From positions 1-61,933 of IMG/VR virus record IMGVR_UViG_3300007508_000433: DNA of 61,933 nt. The stretch is one strand, 5' to 3'. Source of the DNA: a virus. Taxonomy: Duplodnaviria; Caudoviricetes. Below, in pieces: positions 49,611 through 57,632 of this stretch; position 1 is the first letter of the stretch, and each line of letters starts with the position of its first letter. Both the position numbers and the translations under genes were made by a program. The notes beneath the pieces are model-generated. The model was given only the letters and a program-made list of their open reading frames with translations. It was not told where the DNA came from and searched no databases.

Positions 49611-50049
49611 AGTAGTGTTTGATTCTGATACCAACTATTTTTGTGATCGTTGTGGTAAAATAACTAAGAGTATGTTCCCAGAACTTGGGCATAGTGCCCG
49701 GACTCAGATTAAGGCCGGGTTGCACATCGAGGTCATTGGTTATTATGGTGGCTTCTATGACACTTATCTGGATGATGGACCTGATGTTATTCACTTCTGC
49801 CACGATTGTTCTCTATGGTTTGCTAGAGAGGTTGGCGCCATTTCTGAAAGAAGCAAGGGCGGTCATCCTTGCGACAGCGAGTCGGAGCGGTGTTGCGAGT
49901 ATGCGTGGTCTCCAGAAGAAGAGACTATGGAGATACTTAGCGATCCTGAATGGATGAAGTCCTTGGCCGAGGCTCAGGAGGATGTTGATTCTGGTAATCT
50001 GGTAGATTTCAAAGATATTGAAACATCGACAATGAACCGGGAGGTTTGA
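49603..50049 (+). CDS. Zn-binding protein with C-terminal Phd/YefM-antitoxin-like segment
   Basis: CDRC..GYYGGF.D..CHDC; tail EETMEILSDPEWMKSLAEAQEDVDSGNLV. Confidence 0.6.
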   Translation: MNEVVFDSDTNYFCDRCGKITKSMFPELGHSARTQIKAGLHIEVIGYYGGFYDTYLDDGPDVIHFCHDCSLWFAREVGAISERSKGGHPCDSESERCCEYAWSPEEETMEILSDPEWMKSLAEAQEDVDSGNLVDFKDIETSTMNREV

Positions 50050-50246
50050 TTATGGCTAAGGCTAGAAAGAAAAGGCGCGTTGTTCCTAAGTCTAAGCAGC
50101 GCTATCAGGTAGAGACAAGTGGTAAGGATTATGTGATTGTCGATACTGGCGCCACAACTAAGAGATATCGTAATATCGAGACTTTGAAGAAAAGTAGCGA
50201 TGCTATTCGTAAATGCCGTGAGTTTAACCGTTACCTTGAGGGGTGA
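50046..50246 (+). CDS. Basic hypothetical protein
   Basis: GGAGG RBS; K/R-rich. Confidence 0.55.
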   Translation: MIMAKARKKRRVVPKSKQRYQVETSGKDYVIVDTGATTKRYRNIETLKKSSDAIRKCREFNRYLEG

Positions 50247-50251
50247 AGTAA

Positions 50252-50632
50252 ATGACTGATACTGCAGAAGTAACGAGTGATCAGGATGCCAATGATCATT
50301 ATAGTAGCTATACCGAATTGGTGGGTGATTATCTTGAAGTTATCAATGACAATGTTGATGATGATGACGCCCTTGAGGAAAATCTTCACTATCTAGAGTG
50401 CATGATGCTTGCAAGAGATGAGCATAGGGTTATTGATGTTTGTCTTGCTACAGGTGGGCCAGCGGTTCATGTCTTATACCACATTAAAGACAAAGAGATA
50501 ATAAACATTGTATTCAAGTTCGTAGACTGGTTCTACGTAAAAGAGTTTAAGGTCAGCCCTGGCTCTAAAGAGTGGGCTATCTGGGAAGATGCAGCGCAGT
50601 ACTTTATCATAGATATTCTTGAGGAGTGGTGA
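50252..50632 (+). CDS. Acidic hypothetical protein (LATGGP motif)
   Basis: ORF with RBS. Confidence 0.6.
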   Translation: MTDTAEVTSDQDANDHYSSYTELVGDYLEVINDNVDDDDALEENLHYLECMMLARDEHRVIDVCLATGGPAVHVLYHIKDKEIINIVFKFVDWFYVKEFKVSPGSKEWAIWEDAAQYFIIDILEEW

Positions 50633-50717
50633 TGAATAACGAGCTGGCTTTGTTGAAGAGAAGCCCGCAGAGGATTATCCCACAGAGAGGCCACATTACG
50701 AATAGCTCTAACGGTTT

Positions 50718-50840
50718 GTCGGGCTAAGTCTGGTAATCCTTAATCCAGATTAAGGACAGCCTGCATGTCATTTGATCGTTTACGGTCAGTGACTTGTTAA
50801 CGAGTTTTCGTCATCGTGTCCCAAAGGTTGTCCGCCCGAC
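50718..50840 (+). ncRNA. Candidate structured RNA (multi-stem junction)
   Basis: GTCGGGC/GCCCGAC closing stem; AGTCTGG/CCAGATT; GGACAGCCT/AGGTTGTCC; inner hairpins; lies in a coding gap. Confidence 0.45.
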
Positions 50841-50870
50841 TGTTCTATACTAATAGTGATTGGAGATCAC

Positions 50871-51014
50871 ATGGAAGATGATGAGAGTTTTATTATACTG
50901 GATGAAGAGAGGTGGGATGAGTTGATGGCCATGCTTGATGCTCCCCCTAAACGTCTCCCAGGTCTATTAAAGCTAATGCGGTCAAAGATGCCGTGGAGTG
51001 ATGATGGAAAATAA
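50871..51014 (+). CDS. 47-aa peptide resembling the C-terminal half of DUF1778/TacA antitoxins
   Basis: GGAG RBS; IILDEERWDELMAMLDAPPKRLPGLLKLMRSKMPW. Confidence 0.6.
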   Translation: MEDDESFIILDEERWDELMAMLDAPPKRLPGLLKLMRSKMPWSDDGK

Positions 51015-51052
51015 GCATACACATCCCCCGATAAAGGGGTGCTTGGTGCCAG

Positions 51053-51307
51053 ATGAGTACATGGCTGATTGGCTTAATTGTCATGTTTGTCATGACGACC
51101 TTGATGCATACATGGAGGAAGATAATGAATCTATATGATGATATTGCACAGGAAGAACACTGGGACTTTTTACGATCTCTTGGTGATGCCGTGAGAGATG
51201 TTGAGCTTAATATTAGGCTTATACATGAGCCCCCACCTCCTCCTTCCGAGGAAGAATGGGCTGCTATTATTGCAAGTTATGAGGCGGATTCTTATGATGG
51301 TCGGTAA
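51053..51307 (+). CDS. Hypothetical protein, N-terminal hydrophobic helix
   Basis: ORF; alternative internal start MNLYDD with GGAGG. Confidence 0.5.
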   Translation: MSTWLIGLIVMFVMTTLMHTWRKIMNLYDDIAQEEHWDFLRSLGDAVRDVELNIRLIHEPPPPPSEEEWAAIIASYEADSYDGR

Positions 51308-51506
51308 GAAACTATATGTATATGATCCTATAGGTCATGACTTGTATGACGGTAGAACGTCATGTATTGCTGGCACTGTTGTTGTTAAGGTGCAGCCTCC
51401 GGGGTGTCCTGTGAATGGAACAATGAAGCATTGCTATATTGCAGACGCTGAAACTGGGGGTTTCTATGGCCTAGTTTTGGAGAATAGCTTGGTGCCTTGT
51501 GAGTAG
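51294..51506 (+). CDS. Conserved phage hypothetical protein
   Basis: V.KVQP.GCP.NGTM.HCY..GLV..NSL motif. Confidence 0.6.
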   Translation: MMVGKKLYVYDPIGHDLYDGRTSCIAGTVVVKVQPPGCPVNGTMKHCYIADAETGGFYGLVLENSLVPCE

Positions 51507-51954
51507 TAATGATAGCGCACCAGAAGGTATGGTGGATGTGCAGGATGCAGTAACGTCCTTGCATCTAATATCTACTATGATCGGCAGTCATCGTCATAAG
51601 GGGTTCAATAGTATCCTTAGGAGTTTGCGCTCTATTGGGTTTTCTGATGAGACATCATATTACATGATGTGCTATGTGTTGTGTGTTGTCTATCACGAGT
51701 TTGAATCTTCTGTAAATGATTCGATGGACTTGCTGGAGCGGGTGGACTTCCAGTTGGAGCAACTGTTTCAGTTAAATGAGTTCGAGCCATTTGTTGAGGC
51801 TGTAAGAAATATCTATCATGTTGATGATGAGACTCCGTTTGGGGCTATGAGGCCTGCTTGGAAGGAGCATTTTAAGTCAAGATACAACAAGTATTGGAGG
51901 AAGTATTTGAACGGGCATCCCAAGTCAATACCTTACTATGATAAGGAGAAGTAG
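51499..51954 (+). CDS. Hypothetical protein
   Basis: Coupled ORF. Confidence 0.55.
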   Translation: MSSNDSAPEGMVDVQDAVTSLHLISTMIGSHRHKGFNSILRSLRSIGFSDETSYYMMCYVLCVVYHEFESSVNDSMDLLERVDFQLEQLFQLNEFEPFVEAVRNIYHVDDETPFGAMRPAWKEHFKSRYNKYWRKYLNGHPKSIPYYDKEK

Positions 51955-52079
51955 TGCTATTCTTATCAATAAGGTTTTGGATAATGATCTCCTTTACTGG
52001 AGTGATAGTTTTGGCTATTTTGCCGATATTTCTTCTAATAGGACTTCTAATAATAGTGCCATTGATTTTAGCAACTTAG
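51954..52079 (+). CDS. Hydrophobic membrane micro-protein (41 aa)
   Basis: AAGGAG RBS; MLFLSIRFWIMISFTGVIVLAILPIFLLIGLLIIVPLILAT. Confidence 0.5.
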   Translation: MLFLSIRFWIMISFTGVIVLAILPIFLLIGLLIIVPLILAT

Positions 52080-52088
52080 GAGGATGCA

Positions 52089-52265
52089 ATGAATGCACCA
52101 TATGGTTGGGCGGAAGAAGATGGGTTTGAAGAGGAAACACATTTTGATAAGTTGGTTGATAGAGTGTGTGAAGCTATAGATGGCGTAGTCTTTTATCGTT
52201 GCGTGTATACATTTACTGCTTTTTTTATCGGTTATATGCTGTGGCAAGCGATGAGGGTTATCTAA
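52089..52265 (+). CDS. Small protein with C-terminal TM helix (58 aa)
   Basis: AGGAGG RBS; TAATG coupling to next gene. Confidence 0.55.
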   Translation: MNAPYGWAEEDGFEEETHFDKLVDRVCEAIDGVVFYRCVYTFTAFFIGYMLWQAMRVI

Positions 52266-52567
52266 TGGGAGCGTTTGAGGACTATTATATTGTGGAGTAT
52301 AGATATGCAGTCAAGGTCCCTATTACTAAGGCTAATAGAAGCTCTGTGCCTGCTGCTGTTTCTACTGCTAATAGTATTTGCGAAAGGATACACGGCTTCA
52401 GGCCGTCAAATTGGTTTGCAAGAATCTTTAAATATTCAACAAAGGATGGTGTGATTGGAGTAGACGAAGAATTTTTCTATAACCCTCATGGTGCTACTGT
52501 GAGGACTGTTGATGCTAACTGGATAAACCATGAAGAAATGCTAAAGGAGCAAAAAAATGACAATTAA
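52265..52567 (+). CDS. Hypothetical protein
   Basis: Coupled ORF. Confidence 0.55.
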   Translation: MGAFEDYYIVEYRYAVKVPITKANRSSVPAAVSTANSICERIHGFRPSNWFARIFKYSTKDGVIGVDEEFFYNPHGATVRTVDANWINHEEMLKEQKNDN

Positions 52568-53036
52568 TGTAACACAAACGGATGCAGCATTTGATGTAGA
52601 TATAAATTATGATGATCTTGCGAGCGATCTTGTACCGCATTTCATTGACTATATCGATGATGCTATATTGACTGCAGTTGATGATTCTTTGGTTGATGCG
52701 ATTGATAGATATATCCAAAGTGGTCTAGCTGCAGATATTGATATTGAGGAAAAAATAGGCGACTTGCTTGATGGCGTTGGAACGGGAGATCTTTGCTATC
52801 TTGGCGAGAAGTTTAGAAGTGCCATCGAGGTCATACTGGAGCAGCATCTTGATCTTGGTGCGATATTTGGGCGCAATCTTGCATATGCTGGCAAGAGGCT
52901 TGCTATTAATGTAGAAGTTGTTGATATTGAACAGCCTACGATGGTTGATCCTACGCCTGATGTTGATCTTACCACTGCCACGGTTGTAAGTACAACGCCA
53001 AGTGCAACAGCAGATGTTTCAGCATCTATTATCTAG
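52557..53036 (+). CDS. Very acidic hypothetical protein
   Basis: AAGGAG RBS; Asp-rich. Confidence 0.6.
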   Translation: MTINVTQTDAAFDVDINYDDLASDLVPHFIDYIDDAILTAVDDSLVDAIDRYIQSGLAADIDIEEKIGDLLDGVGTGDLCYLGEKFRSAIEVILEQHLDLGAIFGRNLAYAGKRLAINVEVVDIEQPTMVDPTPDVDLTTATVVSTTPSATADVSASII

Positions 53037-53041
53037 AAGGG

Positions 53042-53368
53042 ATGATTGTGTATACAAAAGAGCAAATTAAGAAAGCTATTGATGATGAGATCATTTATGG
53101 CGATGGGCACACCATCATGGCCCCAGAGTACTATGAGGGGTTCGATGTGTCCAGTTTGATCCAGACTTATGAATCTGATTTGAGCAGTGGTAAGTCTACA
53201 ATATTTAAAGATGGTGAAGTTGTAAATGAGGTTGAAGGCGTTTACAATCTCACATTCCTTTACCATATTGCTGGGAACGTGGGTGTCCAGTATCGTAGTT
53301 GTATGGGTAGAGGCAGTCAAGCAAGAGCTATTGTTGATTCGCTAAAGGAGTGGGTTGATAGTGAGTAG
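53042..53368 (+). CDS. Hypothetical protein
   Basis: GRGSQAR motif; RBS. Confidence 0.6.
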   Translation: MIVYTKEQIKKAIDDEIIYGDGHTIMAPEYYEGFDVSSLIQTYESDLSSGKSTIFKDGEVVNEVEGVYNLTFLYHIAGNVGVQYRSCMGRGSQARAIVDSLKEWVDSE

Positions 53369-53519
53369 CATTCAGGAAAATAACCTCTCTCATCACATAG
53401 AGATGATGAGAAGGACCGCAGACAAGCTTCGGAGTGGAACCGATGAGTGGTCCTACATAAACGGATTGATGGTTGACTTAAAGATAGAGCTTAAGGAGCT
53501 GACTTTAAATGCTGAATAG
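53361..53519 (+). CDS. Small hypothetical protein (52 aa)
   Basis: Overlaps both neighbours. Confidence 0.45.
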   Translation: MSSIQENNLSHHIEMMRRTADKLRSGTDEWSYINGLMVDLKIELKELTLNAE

Positions 53520-53715
53520 AGAGATGGCAGGAACCAGGGTTAAGCTTATTATGACAACTGATCCCTATACCAGGCTTATCGGTGGCGATACTGGCACTGT
53601 TCAATACGAAGATGATGCGGGAACTATGATTGTAGCTTGGGATAATGGCTCCGCTATGGGGTTAATCCCGGGAACTGACATATGGGAAGTTATTGAGGAT
53701 GATGACAATGATTGA
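53509..53715 (+). CDS. DUF4314-like protein
   Basis: GTRVKL..DPY..GDTGTV..DD.G..V.WDNGS..GLIPG.D. Confidence 0.8.
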   Translation: MLNREMAGTRVKLIMTTDPYTRLIGGDTGTVQYEDDAGTMIVAWDNGSAMGLIPGTDIWEVIEDDDND

Positions 53716-53881
53716 GGCTGTGAGTGGTAAGGATCTTGTTGTCATCGTTATGAACCGTGTTGTAGCAGAGTCTTTGTCGTCAGCGTTGACTGTATTTGCT
53801 GGCACTGCAGAACATGATGAGCTAAGAGACTATGAGCGCTGGGACATTGGCAACATTGTTTCGGCCATCGATGGATGTTAG
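53708..53881 (+). CDS. Hypothetical protein
   Basis: Coupled ORF. Confidence 0.45.
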   Translation: MIEAVSGKDLVVIVMNRVVAESLSSALTVFAGTAEHDELRDYERWDIGNIVSAIDGC

Positions 53882-53888
53882 GAGCATT

Positions 53889-54170
53889 GTGGAGCAAATA
53901 GGCAATTGGAAGATCATTGATGATGATGGAAACACGCTTGTAAAGGTTATTAGTTTCCCGGCAGGCAACTCTGGCTTTGCAGGTGAATCAATGTGGGTAG
54001 AGGTGGTTGATGGTAATGAGAATAGCGGTAGCGGCTATTTGAGAAACACGCCAGCGTTCTGTGATATTGAATACGGAGCGTTGGTTCGTTTTGATGGTGG
54101 CACTGATGACATCAAGCCACATTTTACCGGTATAGTCAATATAGACAATGAGGAGGTCGGCAATGTCTGA
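53889..54170 (+). CDS. DUF2314-like protein (start uncertain)
   Basis: ESMWVEV..GYLRNTP..YG..VRF. Confidence 0.55.
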   Translation: MEQIGNWKIIDDDGNTLVKVISFPAGNSGFAGESMWVEVVDGNENSGSGYLRNTPAFCDIEYGALVRFDGGTDDIKPHFTGIVNIDNEEVGNV

Positions 54171-54798
54171 TTGGACAGATTCAACTATAAGCGATTCTAC
54201 TAATAATGGCTGGGATAGTGAGATTGCTGCTTTGATTGACAATGAGGCAGATAAGGCTGCATTCTTAAAAGCCGGGGAGGGGTTGTTAGATATGACAAAA
54301 AGTTTTCTTTTTGATGAATATGTCGATGAGGACGGCAATCATGATAGTCAATATAGACAATTTAGTGAATTTGAAGCTTTGTGTGAATCAATGGACGGAG
54401 ATCTTTTTCCCGCCTATTTGGTCTACATGATGGCGTCCTTTTTAAAGGGTGCAGCAGAGATTGCTGTTCCTTTGTGTAAGATTATGGACGAGACTCATCA
54501 AAGAGGTCTCGCTCGACAGAAGGAGTGTCTTACTGATAAAAGCAGGCTGCCATCTGAGGCTGAGATTCAAGAATCGTTTATGGAGAGAATGCCTGCTGTT
54601 GGGACAGATGCATATTATGATTACATGAATGAGGAGCTGATAGGTCTCCAGAAGGAGGTCAGCCTCTTTAGGAGTGTTTTTGTAGATACAGAGGATGAGC
54701 CGCCAGAGTGGTTGATAGGCCATATGAACGGTGTGATGAGCAAGATTGATTATATTGAAATGTCACTTGAAACTACTAGCGAACATGGAGATGAATAA
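54163..54798 (+). CDS. Hypothetical acidic helical protein
   Basis: AGGAGG RBS. Confidence 0.6.
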   Translation: MSDWTDSTISDSTNNGWDSEIAALIDNEADKAAFLKAGEGLLDMTKSFLFDEYVDEDGNHDSQYRQFSEFEALCESMDGDLFPAYLVYMMASFLKGAAEIAVPLCKIMDETHQRGLARQKECLTDKSRLPSEAEIQESFMERMPAVGTDAYYDYMNEELIGLQKEVSLFRSVFVDTEDEPPEWLIGHMNGVMSKIDYIEMSLETTSEHGDE

Positions 54799-55373
54799 TG
54801 CCAAACCATTGCAATAACACATTGACGGTTGTTGGACCATATGACGATATTGATGAGTTCATCGGTGCTATCGAAAACGAAGATGGCACTGTGGGGATAC
54901 TTGATAATCTATATCCAATCCCAGAGGCTTTGACTAAAGTTAAGGCAACTATCGGTAGTGGAGATGATGTTAACGAGCGGGCTAAAAAGTCCAATATGGA
55001 TGAGTATGGATATAGTGATTGGTATGATTGGTGCAATGCTAAGTGGGGAACTAAGTGGGGCGACTATGATGCTCGCATCGTGCAGAGTCATAGCGACTCT
55101 GAGGGTGTGGATGATCGTATGGGTAAAGCCATGATAGAATTTGATAGCGCATGGTCACCGCCAGAGGCTGGAATTGAGCATATCAGCACACTGTTTCCTA
55201 AAGTTCTATTTGACTTGAGATATGAGGAGCCGGGGATGTGTTTTACCGGTGTCTTTCAGGTTCAGAATGGCACAATCCTTGCTGAACGTTGTGTTGAGTA
55301 TATTGAGCCAAGCACAATATTTTACATGTTTGCTGATGAGAACTATGATCATCTCAATATCATCTCAATATAG
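54798..55373 (+). CDS. DUF1281/YubB ferredoxin-like-domain protein
   Basis: MPNHC.N.L; WYDWC..KWGTKW; FDSAWSPP; YEEPGM.F.G. Confidence 0.8.
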   Translation: MPNHCNNTLTVVGPYDDIDEFIGAIENEDGTVGILDNLYPIPEALTKVKATIGSGDDVNERAKKSNMDEYGYSDWYDWCNAKWGTKWGDYDARIVQSHSDSEGVDDRMGKAMIEFDSAWSPPEAGIEHISTLFPKVLFDLRYEEPGMCFTGVFQVQNGTILAERCVEYIEPSTIFYMFADENYDHLNIISI

Positions 55374-55481
55374 ACGGTGTATGATGGATTATTCTAGAGA
55401 GTTTGGTCGAGAGTTTAATATCGACTTAGATGAGTGTCGTAATCTCACGATTGTTATTACTACAGAATGGGAGAAGATTTG

Positions 55482-55736
55482 ATGGCTGAGGTAATTAGTG
55501 GTTCTGATTTGACGGAGGTAGATATGAATAAAGGTGCCGATACGTTGTGCCATGTGGTTACAATTGAGGCCGCAATAATTGGTGATGATGCTTTACGTAT
55601 TGATCCTGTGACTATGGAGCCATGGGATGGTTATACAATTGACGATTCTGCAGCTTTTGTGCAGGATATATTGGATTATCTAAATGAGGTGTATCCTATA
55701 CATTTTAATATTGTTGATGTCAAGGAGGTTGGTTGA
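55482..55736 (+). CDS. Hypothetical protein
   Basis: GGGAG RBS. Confidence 0.5.
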   Translation: MAEVISGSDLTEVDMNKGADTLCHVVTIEAAIIGDDALRIDPVTMEPWDGYTIDDSAAFVQDILDYLNEVYPIHFNIVDVKEVG

Positions 55737-56140
55737 TTATGGGAAGACATAAATGGCCACCGCCATCTAAAAGGGATGGTGAATATGTTGTGTGGGTTGG
55801 TGAGTTTCGTAATGGATTTGTCTCTTATGGCCCTTTTGATTGCTTGAGTGACGCTATTGAATGGTACTCTGATCCATTCGGGGAGAAATATAGAGAGCAC
55901 AGATTCATTGTTCCATTGAGGCGGCATAATGCTAACATCAGTGAGCCAGGTGAATTTGATGATAAATATATCGCCTGTGTTGGCGATTTGTCTTGCGGGT
56001 GGAAAGTGTTCGGCCCCTTTGATTCATTCGATAATGCTTATCTGTGGTATTCGTGTGATTCTGAGTATAGTGAGATTCTTATGACTATGGATTGTTGGAT
56101 TGCATCATTGCATTCACCGTTTGCAGAGGAGAGAGTATAG
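55733..56140 (+). CDS. Hypothetical protein with internal duplication
   Basis: Y..VG...G...GPFD...A..WYS twice. Confidence 0.6.
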   Translation: MIMGRHKWPPPSKRDGEYVVWVGEFRNGFVSYGPFDCLSDAIEWYSDPFGEKYREHRFIVPLRRHNANISEPGEFDDKYIACVGDLSCGWKVFGPFDSFDNAYLWYSCDSEYSEILMTMDCWIASLHSPFAEERV

Positions 56141-56142
56141 CT

Positions 56143-56388
56143 ATGGCTACGATATTTAATGAAACAGAAGAAATTTCAATTCACAGGTTTGCATTCTTAA
56201 TGGATGACTTGGAAGAGTTTCAAGGTGCTGAGTTGCTAGATGTTAGCTTTGGACCTATTGGGGTTGTGATTGATGCATCGAGAAGCAATATTACCAATAC
56301 TGAAGATCTCGCTGTAGGGTCAGCGAGTTTTACTTGGAGAGATATCTTCAACTTGCTAGAGGGAAAGAAGGAGGAGGAAGTGCTATGA
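56143..56388 (+). CDS. Hypothetical protein
   Basis: AGGAG RBS. Confidence 0.5.
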   Translation: MATIFNETEEISIHRFAFLMDDLEEFQGAELLDVSFGPIGVVIDASRSNITNTEDLAVGSASFTWRDIFNLLEGKKEEEVL

Positions 56389-56642
56389 CTAATTTTGGAT
56401 GGAACTATCCGCCGGGAGTTACTGGTAGAGAATATGCTATATTGGGTGCTGATGAAGAATGGGAGGAGGAAGTAGAATGTAGGCTGTGTGAGGAAGACAC
56501 GTTGCATCGTTGCGAGATGTATCAAAAAGTTATTACAACTTCTTGTGATGAGTGTGGACATGTTGATGAATACGATTCTGATTGGTGGTTTGGTGTAGGC
56601 GACATGGCCTATGATCGTATGAAAGATGAGGAAAAGATATGA
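56385..56642 (+). CDS. Acidic Zn-ribbon protein (NYPPGV motif)
   Basis: CRLC..CDECG. Confidence 0.6.
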   Translation: MTNFGWNYPPGVTGREYAILGADEEWEEEVECRLCEEDTLHRCEMYQKVITTSCDECGHVDEYDSDWWFGVGDMAYDRMKDEEKI

Positions 56643-56881
56643 GAACCCTAGAGTGTAATGTTGAGGATAGTAGCACTATTAAGCGTATCTCTGTTGATGT
56701 TAAGCCGGGAGTTGGTTCATCGTCACTCTACGTGAGTTTTATTTCTGGTGCTGAGTACTATTACCCTTCTGTGGATAACAGTCTTGTAGTGTCTGTCATT
56801 TGGGCGGAATCTATAGGTGGGGCGTTTAGTAGGCTGATAAGCAAGGATCCTAATATTGCATATAGTAGATTGGATGGGTGA
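56639..56881 (+). CDS. KTSC-domain protein
   Basis: SS.I..I; L.V.F.SG.EY.Y..V; AES.G..F...I. Confidence 0.7.
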   Translation: MRTLECNVEDSSTIKRISVDVKPGVGSSSLYVSFISGAEYYYPSVDNSLVVSVIWAESIGGAFSRLISKDPNIAYSRLDG

Positions 56882-56887
56882 GCGAGA

Positions 56888-57310
56888 ATGTCTGTCAAGA
56901 AAAGAATGGGGCGTGAGAGGCGCTTCATAAGTCCCCAGTTAAAGGACAAGGTTAGAGAGAGAGATCAGTGGACATGCAGGATGTGTTTAACGAGTGTTGA
57001 TGATTTAGATACGCAGCTTGAAGTCCATCATATTAGGCCCGTTAATATGGGCGGAAGGGATAGGTTCAATAACTTAATATCTCTGTGCAGTTCGTGCCAT
57101 TCGGGGGTTCATTATGATGAGGATTGTGTGAAGTTCTGGATTCAACCATTGCGCAAATATGTGCAACTGCTGAAGGAGACTGGTGTGCATATGGCATTGA
57201 TAGAAGTGGTTAACACAATCAAACAAGAGGAGAATGAAAGTAATGAGCCCCGACAAGAACGAAGTAACGCCTCAGGAGGCTGCGAAGCTTCTAGAAGCAT
57301 CTATGCGTGA
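56888..57310 (+). CDS. HNH endonuclease
   Basis: VRERD..TC.MC; LEVHHI.P...GG; NLISLC..CH. Confidence 0.88.
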   Translation: MSVKKRMGRERRFISPQLKDKVRERDQWTCRMCLTSVDDLDTQLEVHHIRPVNMGGRDRFNNLISLCSSCHSGVHYDEDCVKFWIQPLRKYVQLLKETGVHMALIEVVNTIKQEENESNEPRQERSNASGGCEASRSIYA

Positions 57311-57632
57311 ATCATATTTCAAGTCATTGGAAATGATTGTGGCTTTCTCTTTTGGCGATATGAAAGCTGTGGAGGATGCTCAGCCGTATCCAAACAAAGA
57401 GTTGCTCGTAGGCGCCTTGCTTAGTCATTGTAGATATATTTTTGAATATATGGGAGATTTGCAGGGGCTTGAGCCATCGGAGGTGTGTCAGGGGTATTCC
57501 TATCACTTCTATGGCAATGTTCTCCCGGATATGGAAGCAATGTTTAAGTCTGTGGATGTGGATCAACTACAAGGTAAGATCAGAGAGATAGATGAGCGAT
57601 ATGGAGATGATAATGATGACAAAGCTAGCTGA
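57234..57632 (+). CDS. Hypothetical protein
   Basis: ORF with AGGAG. Confidence 0.55.
   Translation: MKVMSPDKNEVTPQEAAKLLEASMRESYFKSLEMIVAFSFGDMKAVEDAQPYPNKELLVGALLSHCRYIFEYMGDLQGLEPSEVCQGYSYHFYGNVLPDMEAMFKSVDVDQLQGKIREIDERYGDDNDDKAS

Noticed and set aside
50632-50727. 31-aa ORF MNNELALL...
   Set aside because: Short and motif-free; could be real but cannot be supported
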